Shown in pieces: positions 32,197 through 45,018 of a stretch of 64,000 bases of DNA. Every line of letters starts with the position of its first letter. Position 1 is the first letter of the stretch. The notes beneath the pieces are model-generated. The model saw only the letters and a list, made by a program, of their open reading frames with translations. It had not been told where the DNA came from and did no database searches. Made by a program: the position numbers and the translations under genes. Location of the stretch: positions 1,178,001 to 1,242,000 of the forward strand of contig OZ037843.1 of assembly GCA_964035575.1 (NCBI GenBank), written 5' to 3'. Origin of the DNA: Rhynchopus sp. YZ270_cl-10. Lineage: Eukaryota.

Positions 32197-33228
32197 AATA
32201 GTTATTTTTTTTCCTGCAGGTGAGATTTCTCACCTCACTTTTTTTTTTTTTCTTTTTTTGTGAGATTTCTCACCCCAAAATCTCACCGTGGGAAACACTG
32301 TACTTTAGCTTTATATACTCGCATGCCAAAAAAGTGTTCACAGCGAGCGTATTTCGTGGGGTAGTGTACCACCAAAACGAAAGTGATCAGCGCTCTTTTT
32401 AAGATTATTTTTTCATTTTTTTTTTTGAGATGAATGCTTGATGGAACTCCATCAACTAAACCTTGAGGCTAATCAGGCTGAGTCCCGCAGAAAGTTTCAG
32501 ATTTCCAAGGTCTGCCATGTCTGCCAGACTCTACCAGACTTTCCTCTCTGGAAAATCCATTTTTTTTTCTGTGTCCTGTTGCAACACAACCATTCGTTAT
32601 CGGTTACGCTTTTTTCTCTTCTTTTGTGAGCTTTCTAGAGGTACGGTTGTGGAGCAGGGGGGGCTGTAATGTGGGGGCTGTACAAAGCCTGCAAAGCACT
32701 GGTCAATGACCAGCACAAAAAACCGACAGTACCTACTGGTCACCCGTACTTACTAAGCTTTTGTGTTCTCCGGCACACAGAGCTTAGCGAGTAGTGGTCA
32801 TGCCCAGTACTTTTTCTCGGGTTGACCTGTCAAAAAAACTGACCGGTCAAAGTACTAGTCATGGCTACGACCAGTCCACGTGCCCCTCTCCTTGCTTCAC
32901 GTGTCCGAATGAAGCTCTCTCCCATTCTCGCTTCCCCCTTTCGCCACCATAAATATTCTAAGAAAATTCAGCCAGAAAAAAAAAATCTTCTGGGTTCGGA
33001 TGTGGGTCTGTCCAAGTGCGTTCCCAAGAAGGGGTAAACTTTTAATGGCTGCAATTTTTTACATTGTTTCGGGTTTATGTTTTTTTTTATGTTTTTTTTG
33101 TGTTGCCAGAAGAAAAAAAAAATACGTGGAGATCACAGGAAAAATACACGTTTATCAAAATTTTCAAAAAAAAGAAAATACATCAGTCGCTTTTTGAAGT
33201 GGCTAAGCAAGGTATAGGTTTTGTTTTA

Positions 33229-35120
33229 GGGTGAAAGTCAAATGTATACACATATACACAGGGTTATAGTCAGATCTATACACTCATTGTATATACAATT
33301 GTCAATTGTACATACAATTGTATAGAAATTGTATAGATCTGACTATTTGATGTACAATCCCAACTTTTTTTATAGTCAGATCTATACAATTTATGTACAA
33401 TCCCAGTACACAGGATTTGGCCAGGTTTCTGGCTATTGCCTCCCACCTACCCACCTACCCACACACACCCACCCCTACAGGACTATACACAAAAAAATGG
33501 AAATTGGGTTTCGCACACCCGATTTTTCTCAGAAGTCAGTCACTGCTATTGCCATTTAACCCAGGGAGCATAGCTAGTGCAAGAAATTTGACTTTGGAAA
33601 CCTTCCGGAAAGTCTGTCCTCTGCTTGCGGAGGACTAGACACAAGAAAATATTGCGTTCCCCCAGAAAACCAGCGCACATCTCACACTCCTTGTGGGTGG
33701 TCTTGTTGCCTTTTCGTCACAGTAATTTTGGCCCAGGCATGCTCTCGAAGCATGACAATTTAGTGTGTATGGGGCAGGGTGTTGTTTTGTTCTGAATTCT
33801 CTTTGTTATAACATCTAAGTCAATTGCGGGTGGTGGTTTGTGTAGCGTGAGGCACTCTTTTTAACAAACTTCCTGCGGCTGCTAAAGCGTTATTTCTTCG
33901 GATTTAACAACGTACAGCGTAACATAGTGGATTCGCCTGGTCGACACAACCTTTGACAGATACGGGATAACCAACCCCCTTCGACCCCTTGTGGGTTCAC
34001 TGAACAAGCCCTCGTGGTAGTTAAACGCGATTGACATTTACATTCCTAGAGATGAAAGAACAAGACAACACTTCTGTACCCGCGCATCAAAATTGTGGAA
34101 AACTTTGCACCCCAAACACCCTCAACAACGCCCGCCAAAAGGCGCCCCTTGTTGCTGGGAGTTGTTCTCATGTTTGATACCTGCACAGCGGGCATTCCTC
34201 TGAGTCCAACGCATGTTTGGCCTGTCTGCGGCGTTGTACTTCAGGTGCACGAAGACAGGGTCTGGTGGTAAATTTTGCGTAGTGTCGCATTCCCTCATGT
34301 GTGGGTCACTCACACTTGCGGTCATGTGCACTGCGTGGGTTTGGGAATTTGGGTACCTGGGTACAGGATATTTGTTGTGAAAGACATCTTCCACCATGCA
34401 TTGAGGAGGGTAAGACAGTGCTCGCATTTTACTTGAAATCATTACAACATTTAACTTCTCCACGGGGGTCTTGGGCCGTTCATTCGGTTATACCTTGACT
34501 AGCGGCAGAGGCCTTTTAGGACTCTATAACTCCGATATTCCCGAACGGAGGCACACTTTGTGTGTTACTACGACCTGGCAATTTCCAGCAGTAGGTTAAG
34601 TAATGTTTTCTTGTAAATTGTTGGATCATTATCTCCTCAGTGCATGCATGCCCCACGCGACGGACACTTTTGTGTTTGTCAAGTGGACTGTCTGGTCACT
34701 TCTCAGTGACTGGCGGGTTGGCTGTGGTTGCTCTTTCACGACTTTTATCCTTGTATCCAGTGTACCGTGTACCTGGGTACCTGGGTACCTGGGTACCTGG
34801 GTACCTGGGTACCTGGGTACCTGGGTACCTGGGTACCTGGGTATGGCGTGTACAATCTCCCTCGAGTGTACAATCCAAAAATTGTATAGATCTGACTTTT
34901 GTATAGTCAAATCTATACAATTTGTGTACGACCTAGTGTATACTAGGATTGTACATAAATTGTATAGATCTGACTATAAAAAAAGTTGGGATTGTACATC
35001 AAATAGTCAGATCTATACAATTTCTATACAATTGTATGTACAATTGACAATTGTATATACAATGAGTGTATAGATCTGACTATAACCCTGTGTATATGTG
35101 TATACATTTGACTTTCACCC
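33229..35120. mobile_element. 1.9-kb non-autonomous Mutator-like element (MULE)
   Basis: ~175-bp near-perfect TIRs beginning GGGTGAAAGTCAAATGTATACAC, perfect 9-bp TSD TTTGTTTTA. Contains a (GTACCTGG)n array at about 34769-34842. Confidence 0.93.
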
Positions 35121-35619
35121 TTTGTTTTATTACTTTGTTGTGCGAATTTGTTTCATTTTTTTTTTATACTGGTGTGGCGGATTTTGCGGTTTAGGCTGTC
35201 CTAAGAAGGGCCTAACAAAAGGGTCTAAATTTGGGGAGAGTTTTGTCCGAAAATGGGCCCACCTATTAGTAACCGAACCAAAATTTAAGTCAAAAAAATT
35301 GTCCATTTTTCGAGATAGACCCCACCACTGCATGGGACAAAAGTGCAAATCAAACTAAAAAGTTGGGGGAAAAAAACACTTAAAAACACATGGCCTAAGA
35401 ATGGCCCAAAAGAGTCCAAACCGTTGGGTCCGCCACACCAAATTTGTATGTATTTTTTTCTGTCTGTGCCCCTTGAGAAGCATCGCCCAGTAGTTGCTAC
35501 TGTGTGTTCTCATGTATACCACCATCGGCGCACATTAATCCAACTGGATTTCTGATGTTATTCTCGAAAAAAACGAAATGTTTTTTAACGTGTCCCCCCA
35601 AACCCCCCCCTTAGACATA

Positions 35620-35805
35620 CAGTGCGGACGAGTCGTGCCGAGTGAGACGAGTGGCGATACTCGTCGTGACGAGTTGAGATGAGTACGTTTTGTAGGCACT
35701 TGCCGAAGAGACGGCTACAGACGAGTGAAAAAAAAAAAAAAAGACGAGTTTTCGGGCTGAGACCCAAAAAAACGAGTTAGGCGAGTAGACGACTCGTCCA
35801 CACTG
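35620..35805. mobile_element. 186-bp Tc1/mariner-like MITE
   Basis: TA|CAGTGCGGACGAGTCGT ... ACGACTCGTCCACACTG|TA, with internal GACGAGT repeats. Confidence 0.75.
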
Positions 35806-35813
35806 TATGCTCA

Positions 35814-36809
35814 GAGTGTGGCCGTATTGTGATAAATTGCCCATAATATGTGATGTGGATTACAGGACAATAAACTTGGAGACCAAATAATAGCGGATTG
35901 TGAGGGGTTTCTTGTAATTTGGCGACTTTTCAACTTACCTTCCTTCACCCCCCTGTAAGGGTAACCGTAGGTGAAGTAAGGTATAGTATTGAAATCGATG
36001 TGGGGGGGGGGGGGGGAAGGGTCAATTTTACAAAACCAGATTTTGAGGAAAATTTTAGCTGAAAATGGGCCCCACGTATAAGCAACCGGGCTCATATTTC
36101 TCAAAATTTAAGTGGTCAAAAAATTGTCCAATTTTCGAGATTGACCCCACCACTGCACGGGCGGAGCCCAAAAATGCAAATAAGGACCCTTTTTAATTTG
36201 TTCTCTTGAAATGTATAATTTCATGTTTTCGCGAAAAAAATTACAACTGATCCCTACAAGGGTTGAAGGAAGGTGGTTGAAAACAACAGTAACAACAAGG
36301 ACAACTAATTGCTAAGAAAAAACGGGGTGTGCTGTGGAAAACTCCGCGCGATTTTCGAAAGCACCATAGCATCCTGGCGATTTGCTGGAGGTGCTGATGT
36401 GCCTGGTGTGATCGATGTGTTGTAGTCTGTGCATTCTGTGTTCCTTCCGCACTGCTCCAACGACGACGACAATGTGGGGAGCCTGTGGACAAAAACGAGC
36501 TGGACCACGCCGAGCCTGCCGAGCCGACGTCCAACAACGCTATCGAGCAGATGGTGCTGGACGAAGAGGACAGCCCCCCTTCTTGAACGTTTCAGATGCT
36601 GGCGTCCCAGTGGGTCTGGCAGCTTACGAAGAGCGTTGGCATACCTGCAGAAGAGCAGAATGCTGGGCGTGTTGTAGATTATTTCTACAGGATGGAGTTC
36701 CACATCACCCCGTTTTTTTTCCGATAGCAATTACTTGTTTTTTTTTGGTCGCCAATATGATCCTACTGTATGTTACTATGGGCGATTTATCACAATACAG
36801 CTATCACTA
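35814..36809. mobile_element. ~1-kb element bounded by imperfect inverted repeats
   Basis: CCGTATTGTGATAAATTGCCCATA (about 35822) is inverted at TATGGGCGATTTATCACAATACAG (about 36777). No TSD found. The interior is shared with 42586-43408. Confidence 0.6.
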
Positions 36810-38554
36810 CCTCACCTGCCCTTTACCATATCTTATACAACACGCTATACCCAAACCCACCCAAATACATCCACCACCACCCCCGTCTCTCCGTGGTGTA
36901 CCCTCTTCCGTAAAAGTATAGTGTAAATCACATCCGCAGGGGGTGTCTACACTCATACAAAAAAACTTTTGGACAAGTGGAGATTGCACAAAACTGTGGC
37001 AACGCAAACCGAGGCAACTACACTACTCCAAAAACAATTTTATCACAAAAAAAGAACAAATTGCAAATTCTCGGTGAGATGATTGTCGATACAACCACAA
37101 CAAAAAAAAAACTTCCTCCCCCCCCTTTTTTTTTTGAGTTTCAAGAGGAAGCGCCACAAGGTCCTTTCGGTGCAGTTAAATTGCATCCGGGCCCTGGTTG
37201 TCCTCCTGAAACTCTATGAAGGTCTGCCTGGGGTGAAAGGTGCTGGGAATGCTACCCTGGGACGGCTTTCCCCACATCATGGAAGGGCACCTTTGCCAGG
37301 AGTGTGAAAAAAATCGCAGTGGGAGTGGTTAGGTGTCGCCGTAATGGAAAAAATCCCACCTCCAGAGAGAGATACGGTACCAGAGGATCTCAGTGCATTG
37401 ACTTAAATGGTTGTCTACACTTTGAATAGAAGGCCAGCCCTCAGGGTTGTCACATTAGTCACCACCTATGATATACCGTCTGACAAAAGTAAAATAATAA
37501 AGAAAAAAGCTTTTTGTGCCCCTGTTTCCCAATGTCTTAGTGTTATTTTGTCTTATTTTTTTTTATTTTTTTTTTTGAAAAAAAAAAAAAATCTTTTCGC
37601 GTGCTTTTCTTTAAGTGCCGTGTGCTCTGTGTCTTGATACACAGAAAGTGCTGTGCGAAGAGGAACATAAAGTAGTGCAAGTACTGCAGGCCGCTTGGGG
37701 GAAGAAGAAAAACGTGTCCAGCAAAAGGTGCTTGGGTGTCGCACAAAAAAAGCACAAGAAACAAGAAAGAGGGGGAGAAAAAAAATAATAATATCCAAGT
37801 TGTGCACGCACAAGGTGCGCAAACTATGCTTTTTTCCGCCCCCTCTCCCTCTCCCTCATTTTATCAAAAGTAATCCCCCAACCCCCAACCCCCCCAAACC
37901 TCAACAAAAAAAAAGGCAAAAAAAAAAAAAATCCATCCGAGAGTAAACAGACCCCAAAAAAAAAAAGTACACAATTTTTTGTGCCAAAAAAAAAAAATAG
38001 TGAACACTCCCCCCCTTTTTCTTCTTTCCCTTTTGTCCCCATCACCATCCTATGTCCGCCACCCCCCCTTCCGTCTTTTCTTTTTTGTTTTCGTTTCTTT
38101 CAACGAAGACAAGCAAATAAACAAACAAATAACAAAGGACATTTGACAGTGGCTGAGAAAGAGGATAAGTCGTAATCTCATACAAAGTAACGCGCCCTTC
38201 CTCTCCAACTCCACGTCTACAAAACTATCAAGCAAAAATTAAACAGAGCACAAAGCACGTTCAAAACATACAAAAAACATTTTCAAACACCCCCCCTTCC
38301 GTCACCCCTTCCTTCTCTCCTCTGACTTCCACGTCTACAACGCTCATCAAAAGCAAAACACAACCCACTTTCAAAAACAAAAACGTTTTTAAACCCCTCC
38401 CTCCAATCACCACACTTTCCTTTACCCACCCACACACCCTCTCACAGAAAAAACCGAGGGTGTTTGTTTTCATTTTACCAAGAGACCCACTCTGGGGTGC
38501 CTTAGTTTATTATTTTATTTTTACTTTTTTTAGAACTCCGAGGCACTCTCAAGG

Positions 38555-39640
38555 ATGACGTACCCCGCCACTTCCCTGCTGCTTCTCGCACTCTGCACAC
38601 AACTCCCCCTGGTAGGCTGCGACGACACCGACCCCACCACCACCACAACCACATGCCCTTCCAGCTGCTCCGATGAAGACAAGATTGCGATTTGCCGGAC
38701 CCTTTCGTTTGTACACGACTGCATCGAACTTGAAGACGAAGTTACAATCACATGCATCACACCTTGCCGCGAATACTCCAACCACATGCTCTCCAACACA
38801 ACCCTTTGCACCGTCACATCCACCTGCGGGGTCATGGGGGAGGCATGGAACGGGGTGTACCTCTTTGTGGCGAACCTCACGCTCTGGTACCCTTCTCTCG
38901 GCGAAAGCACGCGCATCGCGGTGGCAGCTGTGTTCGCTATGTACGCCTTCTACTTTGCAACGTTAGCTCCGGTATACCTTTTCATGACCTTCGCCTTGGG
39001 TGGGCCGCTGTTAGGCGCGCCAATAGGGTTTGCACTGTCGCTTTCCTCTGGGCTGTATGAATATGAAGACACCCCAGGGCGCTCAACCATGGCAGTGGTA
39101 TTGAGTACGTCGGTCGCAACGACGGCATTGCTTTTGGTGTCACGGAGGGCGTCAGCTGCAGTGCTGTCTGGCTGTGTCGTTGCCGCATTTACAGCAGCGG
39201 TTGTTGCCACGATGTTCCAGACTTCGCATGTACACAGTACACATGGGGTGCGTGAGGTGCTGCTCGCGGTTTTGCCTAGTTGTGGGTTTTGTGTGGGGTG
39301 CTGGCTGTCGTCGGTTCGTCCGTTGTATATGTGTGTGTTAAGCTGTTCTGCTGTGGCCGGGTTGTTGACGACACAATGTGTTGCGAATCTTTGGGATGAA
39401 TCTACCTTCATTCCCTGCAATCCGGAGCACCCCGGGCGTTGTGTTGCGGCATGGGTGGTGCTTCTCGGGGTCTGGGGGACCAGCGTCGCGTTCACGCTGC
39501 TGGTCACTGCGCGGTGCTTCCAGTGGGACTCCTTCCTGACAAAGGCGGAAAGGAGGTTGCAAAGGCTGTCGATGGACAGGGGGAGTGGAGAAATAACACG
39601 GCTTGTCATTCAAGAGGGGGAGGAGGAGGAGGAGGAGTGA
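38555..39640 (+). CDS. Signal peptide + Cys-rich ectodomain + ~7 TM membrane protein (possibly TM7S3/TMEM198-like), 361 aa
   Basis: Intact ORF with signal peptide, poly-Thr, Cys-rich domain, multiple Gly/Ala-rich TM helices and an acidic tail. The family call is tentative. Confidence 0.8.
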   Translation: MTYPATSLLLLALCTQLPLVGCDDTDPTTTTTTCPSSCSDEDKIAICRTLSFVHDCIELEDEVTITCITPCREYSNHMLSNTTLCTVTSTCGVMGEAWNGVYLFVANLTLWYPSLGESTRIAVAAVFAMYAFYFATLAPVYLFMTFALGGPLLGAPIGFALSLSSGLYEYEDTPGRSTMAVVLSTSVATTALLLVSRRASAAVLSGCVVAAFTAAVVATMFQTSHVHSTHGVREVLLAVLPSCGFCVGCWLSSVRPLYMCVLSCSAVAGLLTTQCVANLWDESTFIPCNPEHPGRCVAAWVVLLGVWGTSVAFTLLVTARCFQWDSFLTKAERRLQRLSMDRGSGEITRLVIQEGEEEEEE

Positions 39641-40908
39641 GGTGTCAGTTGGATGTCAAAAGCGTGGGGGTAGGAAGACTTTTGATGGGGCGCAAATGGT
39701 GGTGGTCAACAAAGCAGACGTAATATGATGAATACACCGTGATGCCTCGTCTGCAACGTCTGCAGTGAGGGGGAACCCCACTGCAGTCCTCCCCCAAGCT
39801 CCTGCACTTTGACTCTTGACCCTGGATGCCTTGGTATTTCTTGCGCAGAAATATGGCCCTTTTGTGAAGTGTGTGCTGTACAATAATAGTTTATGCGTGT
39901 ATTTTTTAAAAACCTCGAACTGGATGTGGGACTGCATGGTTGGGGGGGACGTTCTGTGATATGGAAAGTGATCGTGTTATTTGTGTGTTTTAACTGTGCA
40001 AAATGCACTGCCTTTCGAATCGTTCTCTCGCACGGTGCTCAAGTCTTATTAAGGCTTTGCATGCGCCCCTTCCCCTCTCCCGCCCTGCCCCTCCCGCCCC
40101 AGCAACTTTTCATTGAACCCTTACATTGAATGTATACTTATTGTTTCATTTGGCCACAGAGGCTTTTGGACGAACTTTTGGCAATAGTTGGTTCGGTCAT
40201 CTATGAACGGGGAGAGAGATTTTTTTTTTCAACTAGCTCTCAGGAAAGCTCTCACAGTGTTGCGTGTCTCACAGGGGGGTGGCGGCATACCTCGGAACGG
40301 GGTGCTCCATCCTATTTTTAACGTTTTTCAGCCTGTTGCGCGTCTCATGGACGATCATAGATGACCCGATAGTAGGAGGATGTGGGAGAGGCTCGTTGTT
40401 GTTGATATATTTTCGCCCCATACACCGGTCATTGTACCAAGGTACTGTTTACGAGTGGGCTGTTGTATAAGTCAAAAATTTTTTTCTCAATGTCTCGTTT
40501 TCAGCATTGCTATGAGTGTACATGGCAAGCAGTTCATTTTTTTTTTAAAGCTTTTCTTTTGTACGAGCTGCGCAATACGTCTGGAAATGAAGCGGGAGTA
40601 GCACATATTAGAAGTAAACCACGAAAATGGATGTAGGACTGCACGGTTGGGTGTCCACCCCCGCGGTACAGCCGGTCATTGTACCAAGGTACACTGTTCA
40701 CGAGAGGGCTTTGCATTTCAACTCTACTTTCTTTTGTACGAGTATTCAATACGTATGGAAATGAAAGACGCGTACTTATGGTATTGGGTTCTTTTGTGTT
40801 ATTGTGTTTTTCGTGGTTATGTTTTTACACTTACAGTCAAGATAGTGATGCCAGGTAACTGGGACACTGTCATAAGACCAAAAAAAAAAAAAATCAGGAG
40901 ATTCTTGG

Positions 40909-41750
40909 CAGGGTATTTCCTAAATCCACTACCCGTCTCCCGATATTTTTTCAGAAAAAGTTCCGCGCTTTTTTTGCAAGGGGGGTTTTCAGGTGTTCCG
41001 CGGTTTTTTTGCAAGGGGAGAGTAGTCGTGGGAAGGAGCACAGGGTGAGGTAAAAATGTCCGAGGAAAAAATATTCCGAACCTCGGAGCCCCGATCTTGC
41101 AAAATAACGCAAAAAAGTCCGGAAAAAAAGTTCACAGGCCAAAAAAAAAATTCCGCCTGCGGCGGGCACATTTCCCCCTTTTTTTTATGTTAGGGTAGCT
41201 GTATTTAAAGTGCCTATTTTTTGGTATTTTCCCGAAAAAAGTATGTTCGCTGTTCTGGATCGCTCCAATCATTCAAATAAAGCAGTTTTCGGGAATTTTT
41301 ATTTTCACCGATGTTGGGTACCGTGCGCCTGCGGCGCTGCCTGTTCCTACCAGTTCCTACAGGCAAACACTTGGCCCCTTTACCTTACACTGACGGGTTT
41401 TGACCAAAACCAAGGACTTGTCCATTTCGGCAAATTGACCCCACCACAGAACGGGCGGATTCCGAAAATGCAAATGCCGGTGTTTTCGGGCATTTTCATG
41501 TTTTCAGGATCAGGGAGAGAAAATCTGGGTTGTGGGATTTACCTGGTCCCCTTTACCTTACACTCATTTTGACCAACACCAAGAACTTGGCCATTTCGGC
41601 AAAGTGACCCCACCACAAGCCGGGGATTGGCTCGGAAATGCACCATAACTCAGTTTTCTGCACAAAAAACCCTAACGTTGCTCAGCGCGCTTTTTTTGCA
41701 CCCGATTCCGGATTTTGAGATTTTGGGACCCCGATTTAGGAAATACCCTG
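40909..41750. mobile_element. 842-bp non-autonomous hAT element
   Basis: TIR CAGGGTATTTCCTAAATC/GATTTAGGAAATACCCTG, perfect 8-bp TSD ATTCTTGG. Confidence 0.92.
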
Positions 41751-41864
41751 ATTCTTGGTGTGTCTGAATGGGGAGGGGTGCAAAAAGTGTGCAACAACGT
41801 GTGAATAACCCCCTCTTCAGCCACACCAAGGTGCTTTAAAAGAAAAGGTTTATTCACACAAAAC

Positions 41865-43451
41865 CAGGCATATTGCTAAGTGCCGTTTCGCCGTTTTGCC
41901 TTTTTGGCCAAAATTACAATTTTTTTTTTTTTGAAAACGCCGTTTCGCCGTTCTGCCTTTCAAAAAAACGCCGTTTTCAAAATTGGCGAAGCGCCGTTTC
42001 CCCCGAGAAAACGGCGTTTTCAACGCGACAAAACGCCGTTTCCTGCCGTCATTTATTGAGAAAAAGGATATGGCAAAATCATAAAAGTAGCGTACCGTGC
42101 GCCTGCGGCGCAAGCTTGCACACCCTTCCCATGACATAGTTTGGCTGTAAAATAGTGCAATTTTAAGCGCGATTTTTGAAATGTTGCGTACCGTGGCTTC
42201 GCCAGGAACCTTTGGCTACCTGACTAACCTTTGGTTAATCTTTCCATAGCCACCATTTCTTTTATAAATTTACTAAGGTTACTGATAAGAAGGCGGACAC
42301 CCACTACGGATTGCGGATCACCAGTGGCTGAAAGCTACCAAGGCACAGAGGAGGGGAGGCTTTCCCGCAGAGAAGGGTTGGGGTGGTGTAGGTTGGCCGT
42401 GCATCACATAATGCCGAGAATATTTTTCGCTGAGTTTTCCGCACAGAAAAAATGACTGCCTCACACAAAACCACCTTTTTGGTGGAGGCTAGGGGGGCTA
42501 TATAATACCCTCTGTGGTTGGCAGGGAGGCGCGCGCGAAGCGCGCGACGACCGCTTTCAACGGGGGGAAAATTTTTTTTCGGCCTGGAAAAAAAACAAGT
42601 AATTGCTATCGGAAAAAAAACGGGGTGTGATGTGGAACTCCATCCTGTAGAAATAATCTACAACACGCCCAGCATTCTGCTCTTCTGCAGGTATGCTAAC
42701 GCTCTTCGTACGCTGCCAGACCCACTGGGACGCCAGCATCTGAAACGTTAAAGAAGGGGGGCTGTCCTCTTCGTCCAGCACCATCTGCTCGATAGCGTTG
42801 TTTGACGTCAGCTCGGCAGGCTCGGCGTGTTCCAGCTCGTTTTGTCCACAGGCTCCCCACATTGTCATCGTCGTTGGAGCAGTGCGGAGGGAACACAGAA
42901 TGCACAGACTACAACACATCGATCAGGCACATCAGCACCTCCAGCAAATCGCCAGGATGCTACGGTGGTTTCGAAAATCGCGCGGAGTTTTCCACATCAC
43001 ACCCGTTTTTCCTTAGCAATTAGTTGTCCTTGTTGTTACTGTTGTTTTCAACCACCTTCCTTCAACCCTTGTAGGGATCAGTTGTAATTTTTTTCGCGAA
43101 AACATGAAATTATACATTTCAAGAGAACAAATTAAAAAGGGTCCTTATTTGCATTTTTGGGCTCCGCCCGTGCAGTGGTGGGGTCAATCTCGAAAATTGG
43201 ACAATTTTTTGACCACTTAATTTTTGAGAAATATGAGCCCGGTTGCTTATACGTGGGGCCCATTTTCGGCTAAAATTTTCCTCAAAATCTGGTTTTGTAA
43301 AATTGACCCTTTACTCCCCCCCCACATCGATTTCAATACTATACCTTACTTCACCTACGGTTACCCTTACAGGGGGGGTGAAGGAAGGTAGGTTGAAAAA
43401 GTGTCGCCGTTTTGCTTTTTTCCACTTCCGGAAAAGTTAGCAATATGCCTG
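41865..43451. mobile_element. 1.6-kb non-autonomous hAT element
   Basis: TIR CAGGCATATTGCTAA/TTAGCAATATGCCTG, perfect 8-bp TSD CACAAAAC, subterminal CGCCGTTT repeats. Confidence 0.92.
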
Positions 43452-43931
43452 CACAAAACGTTTTTATTCTTCCAGATGTGTGTGAGTGAGTGGCCTACAT
43501 TCTTTCCCCCCCTAGTTTCGAGTGCGAAACGTTTCTCCATGTATTGCACAGGAAACAATATGACAAACAGGTGCAGGGTGGTTCCCGTGCATATCATAGA
43601 ACCTGGCACCTTGTGTGTCTCCCAAAAAACCAAAAGCGTTGTGTGTGAAGTTTTGAAGGAAAAATAAAAGTTGTACCGACATTCACCAGCTAAAGCAAGA
43701 TCTGTACTCAATGTTGCCAGAAGGCTATGTACCTAAAAGATATAGACGTCTCTGGAAAGCAGCTTTTTTTTCTTTCTTCGAGTTCTTCTTTTTTCTCTTG
43801 ACTCTGCTAAGACAGAGGCAGAACAAACAATGCATCTCACACAAGAAGGGGCAACGACCATCGTAACACCTCCTCCCGATCCTATTCGCCTATCTGTTCC
43901 TCCGTTCATCTTCCCCCCCCCGCCCCTGCCC

Positions 43932-43992
43932 CAGGCACCTCGCTAACTCAGATGTAACGTACACGTACCCCCCAATATTAGCGAGGTGCCTG
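43932..43992. mobile_element. 61-bp minimal hAT-like element
   Basis: TIR CAGGCACCTCGCTAA/TTAGCGAGGTGCCTG. Flanks CCCTGCCC / CCCCGCCC (one mismatch, low complexity). Confidence 0.55.
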
Positions 43993-45018
43993 CCCCGCCC
44001 CCCACACACTTTATTTCAATATCATGCTTCGTCGTTGGGTGCCCACGTCCACTGAAGACGTTATATTTTGATTTTATTTTCTGCACTTTCAACTTTCACC
44101 TTTTTGTTTCGCTCAATACAAAAAAATAGTGGAGTTCATCCTCGGGTGTCTACACTAATACAACCAAGTTTTCAAGAAAAGAAAGAACATGAAAAAGAAA
44201 GCCAGGAAAGTGGACGAATCTCCATTTCAAAATACTGGGTCAAAAATAATAATGAACATCAATTCCTTAAAAGCGTGTATTTTGGTATAGTGGAGCGCCC
44301 TTCGGGGTGTCTACACTAAATACAACCAAATTTTTTACAACTGAGTTCCTCGCTCAGTGCTGCTGGAAGGATGTGTAGCGCATTGTAGGTCAGAGTTGGG
44401 ACGTCCTCGCCCCCGGGGATACGGAGGGTCTTTGTGTTTTAAATAAAAAGGAAATTTACTTCTTTTACTTATTCTAAAAAGCCCCCGACAGTGGGCGGGG
44501 TCGAACAACAAAACCAAGAAGCGCCGGGTGTAGCACCACACTCTTTCTTTGGAAATGTCACACAGCAACGCTTTCTCTAGTGAAAGACTCTCTCGGATGT
44601 GGTGGAAGCGTACAACTAACAAACTCTCCCCCTATTTCGTTTGCCGTTTTTCCTGTGTGGGTGAAGATAGCTATTGACACCGTAGTATTTCTTTGAGGGG
44701 TGCCTGCATTGGCAGCTACAGGTTGTTACCCACCAACATCCACACGTATGTTGTCTTATCTAAAGCATCCAACATGGAAGATAGTAATTGGAGTGTTCAT
44801 GGAGGGTGTGCATCCTTCCGAAGGTAGTTATCGACACCGTAGTATTTTACAGCAACGCTTTACTCTAGTAAAAGACTATCTCGAAACCGGTAAACCGGTA
44901 TTTTAAACCCCCCCTGATAAATGACAACACATCTCGTTTCCTTCACAAACACCACCCCACCCCTCTTCAATCTACCCTCCACACACCATTCCCCACAGAA
45001 CAGAGTTACCCCCTGAAC

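Larger units (their letters stand above)
30195..32300. mobile_element. 2.1-kb non-autonomous hAT element
   Basis: TIR CAGTGTTTCCCA/TGGGAAACACTG, perfect 8-bp TSD TACTTTAG, subterminal ATCTCACC/GGTGAGAT repeats. Confidence 0.9.

Noticed and set aside
35921..43408. Giant composite transposon with 820-bp TIRs carrying the 38555 gene
   Set aside because: No TSD at the outer ends, and each copy lies inside its own smaller TIR-bounded element.
29400..44900. Autonomous transposase or retroelement ORF; tRNA, rRNA or spliced-leader RNA gene
   Set aside because: No long ORF other than 38555 and no recognisable RNA-gene signature by eye. A covariance-model search was not possible.
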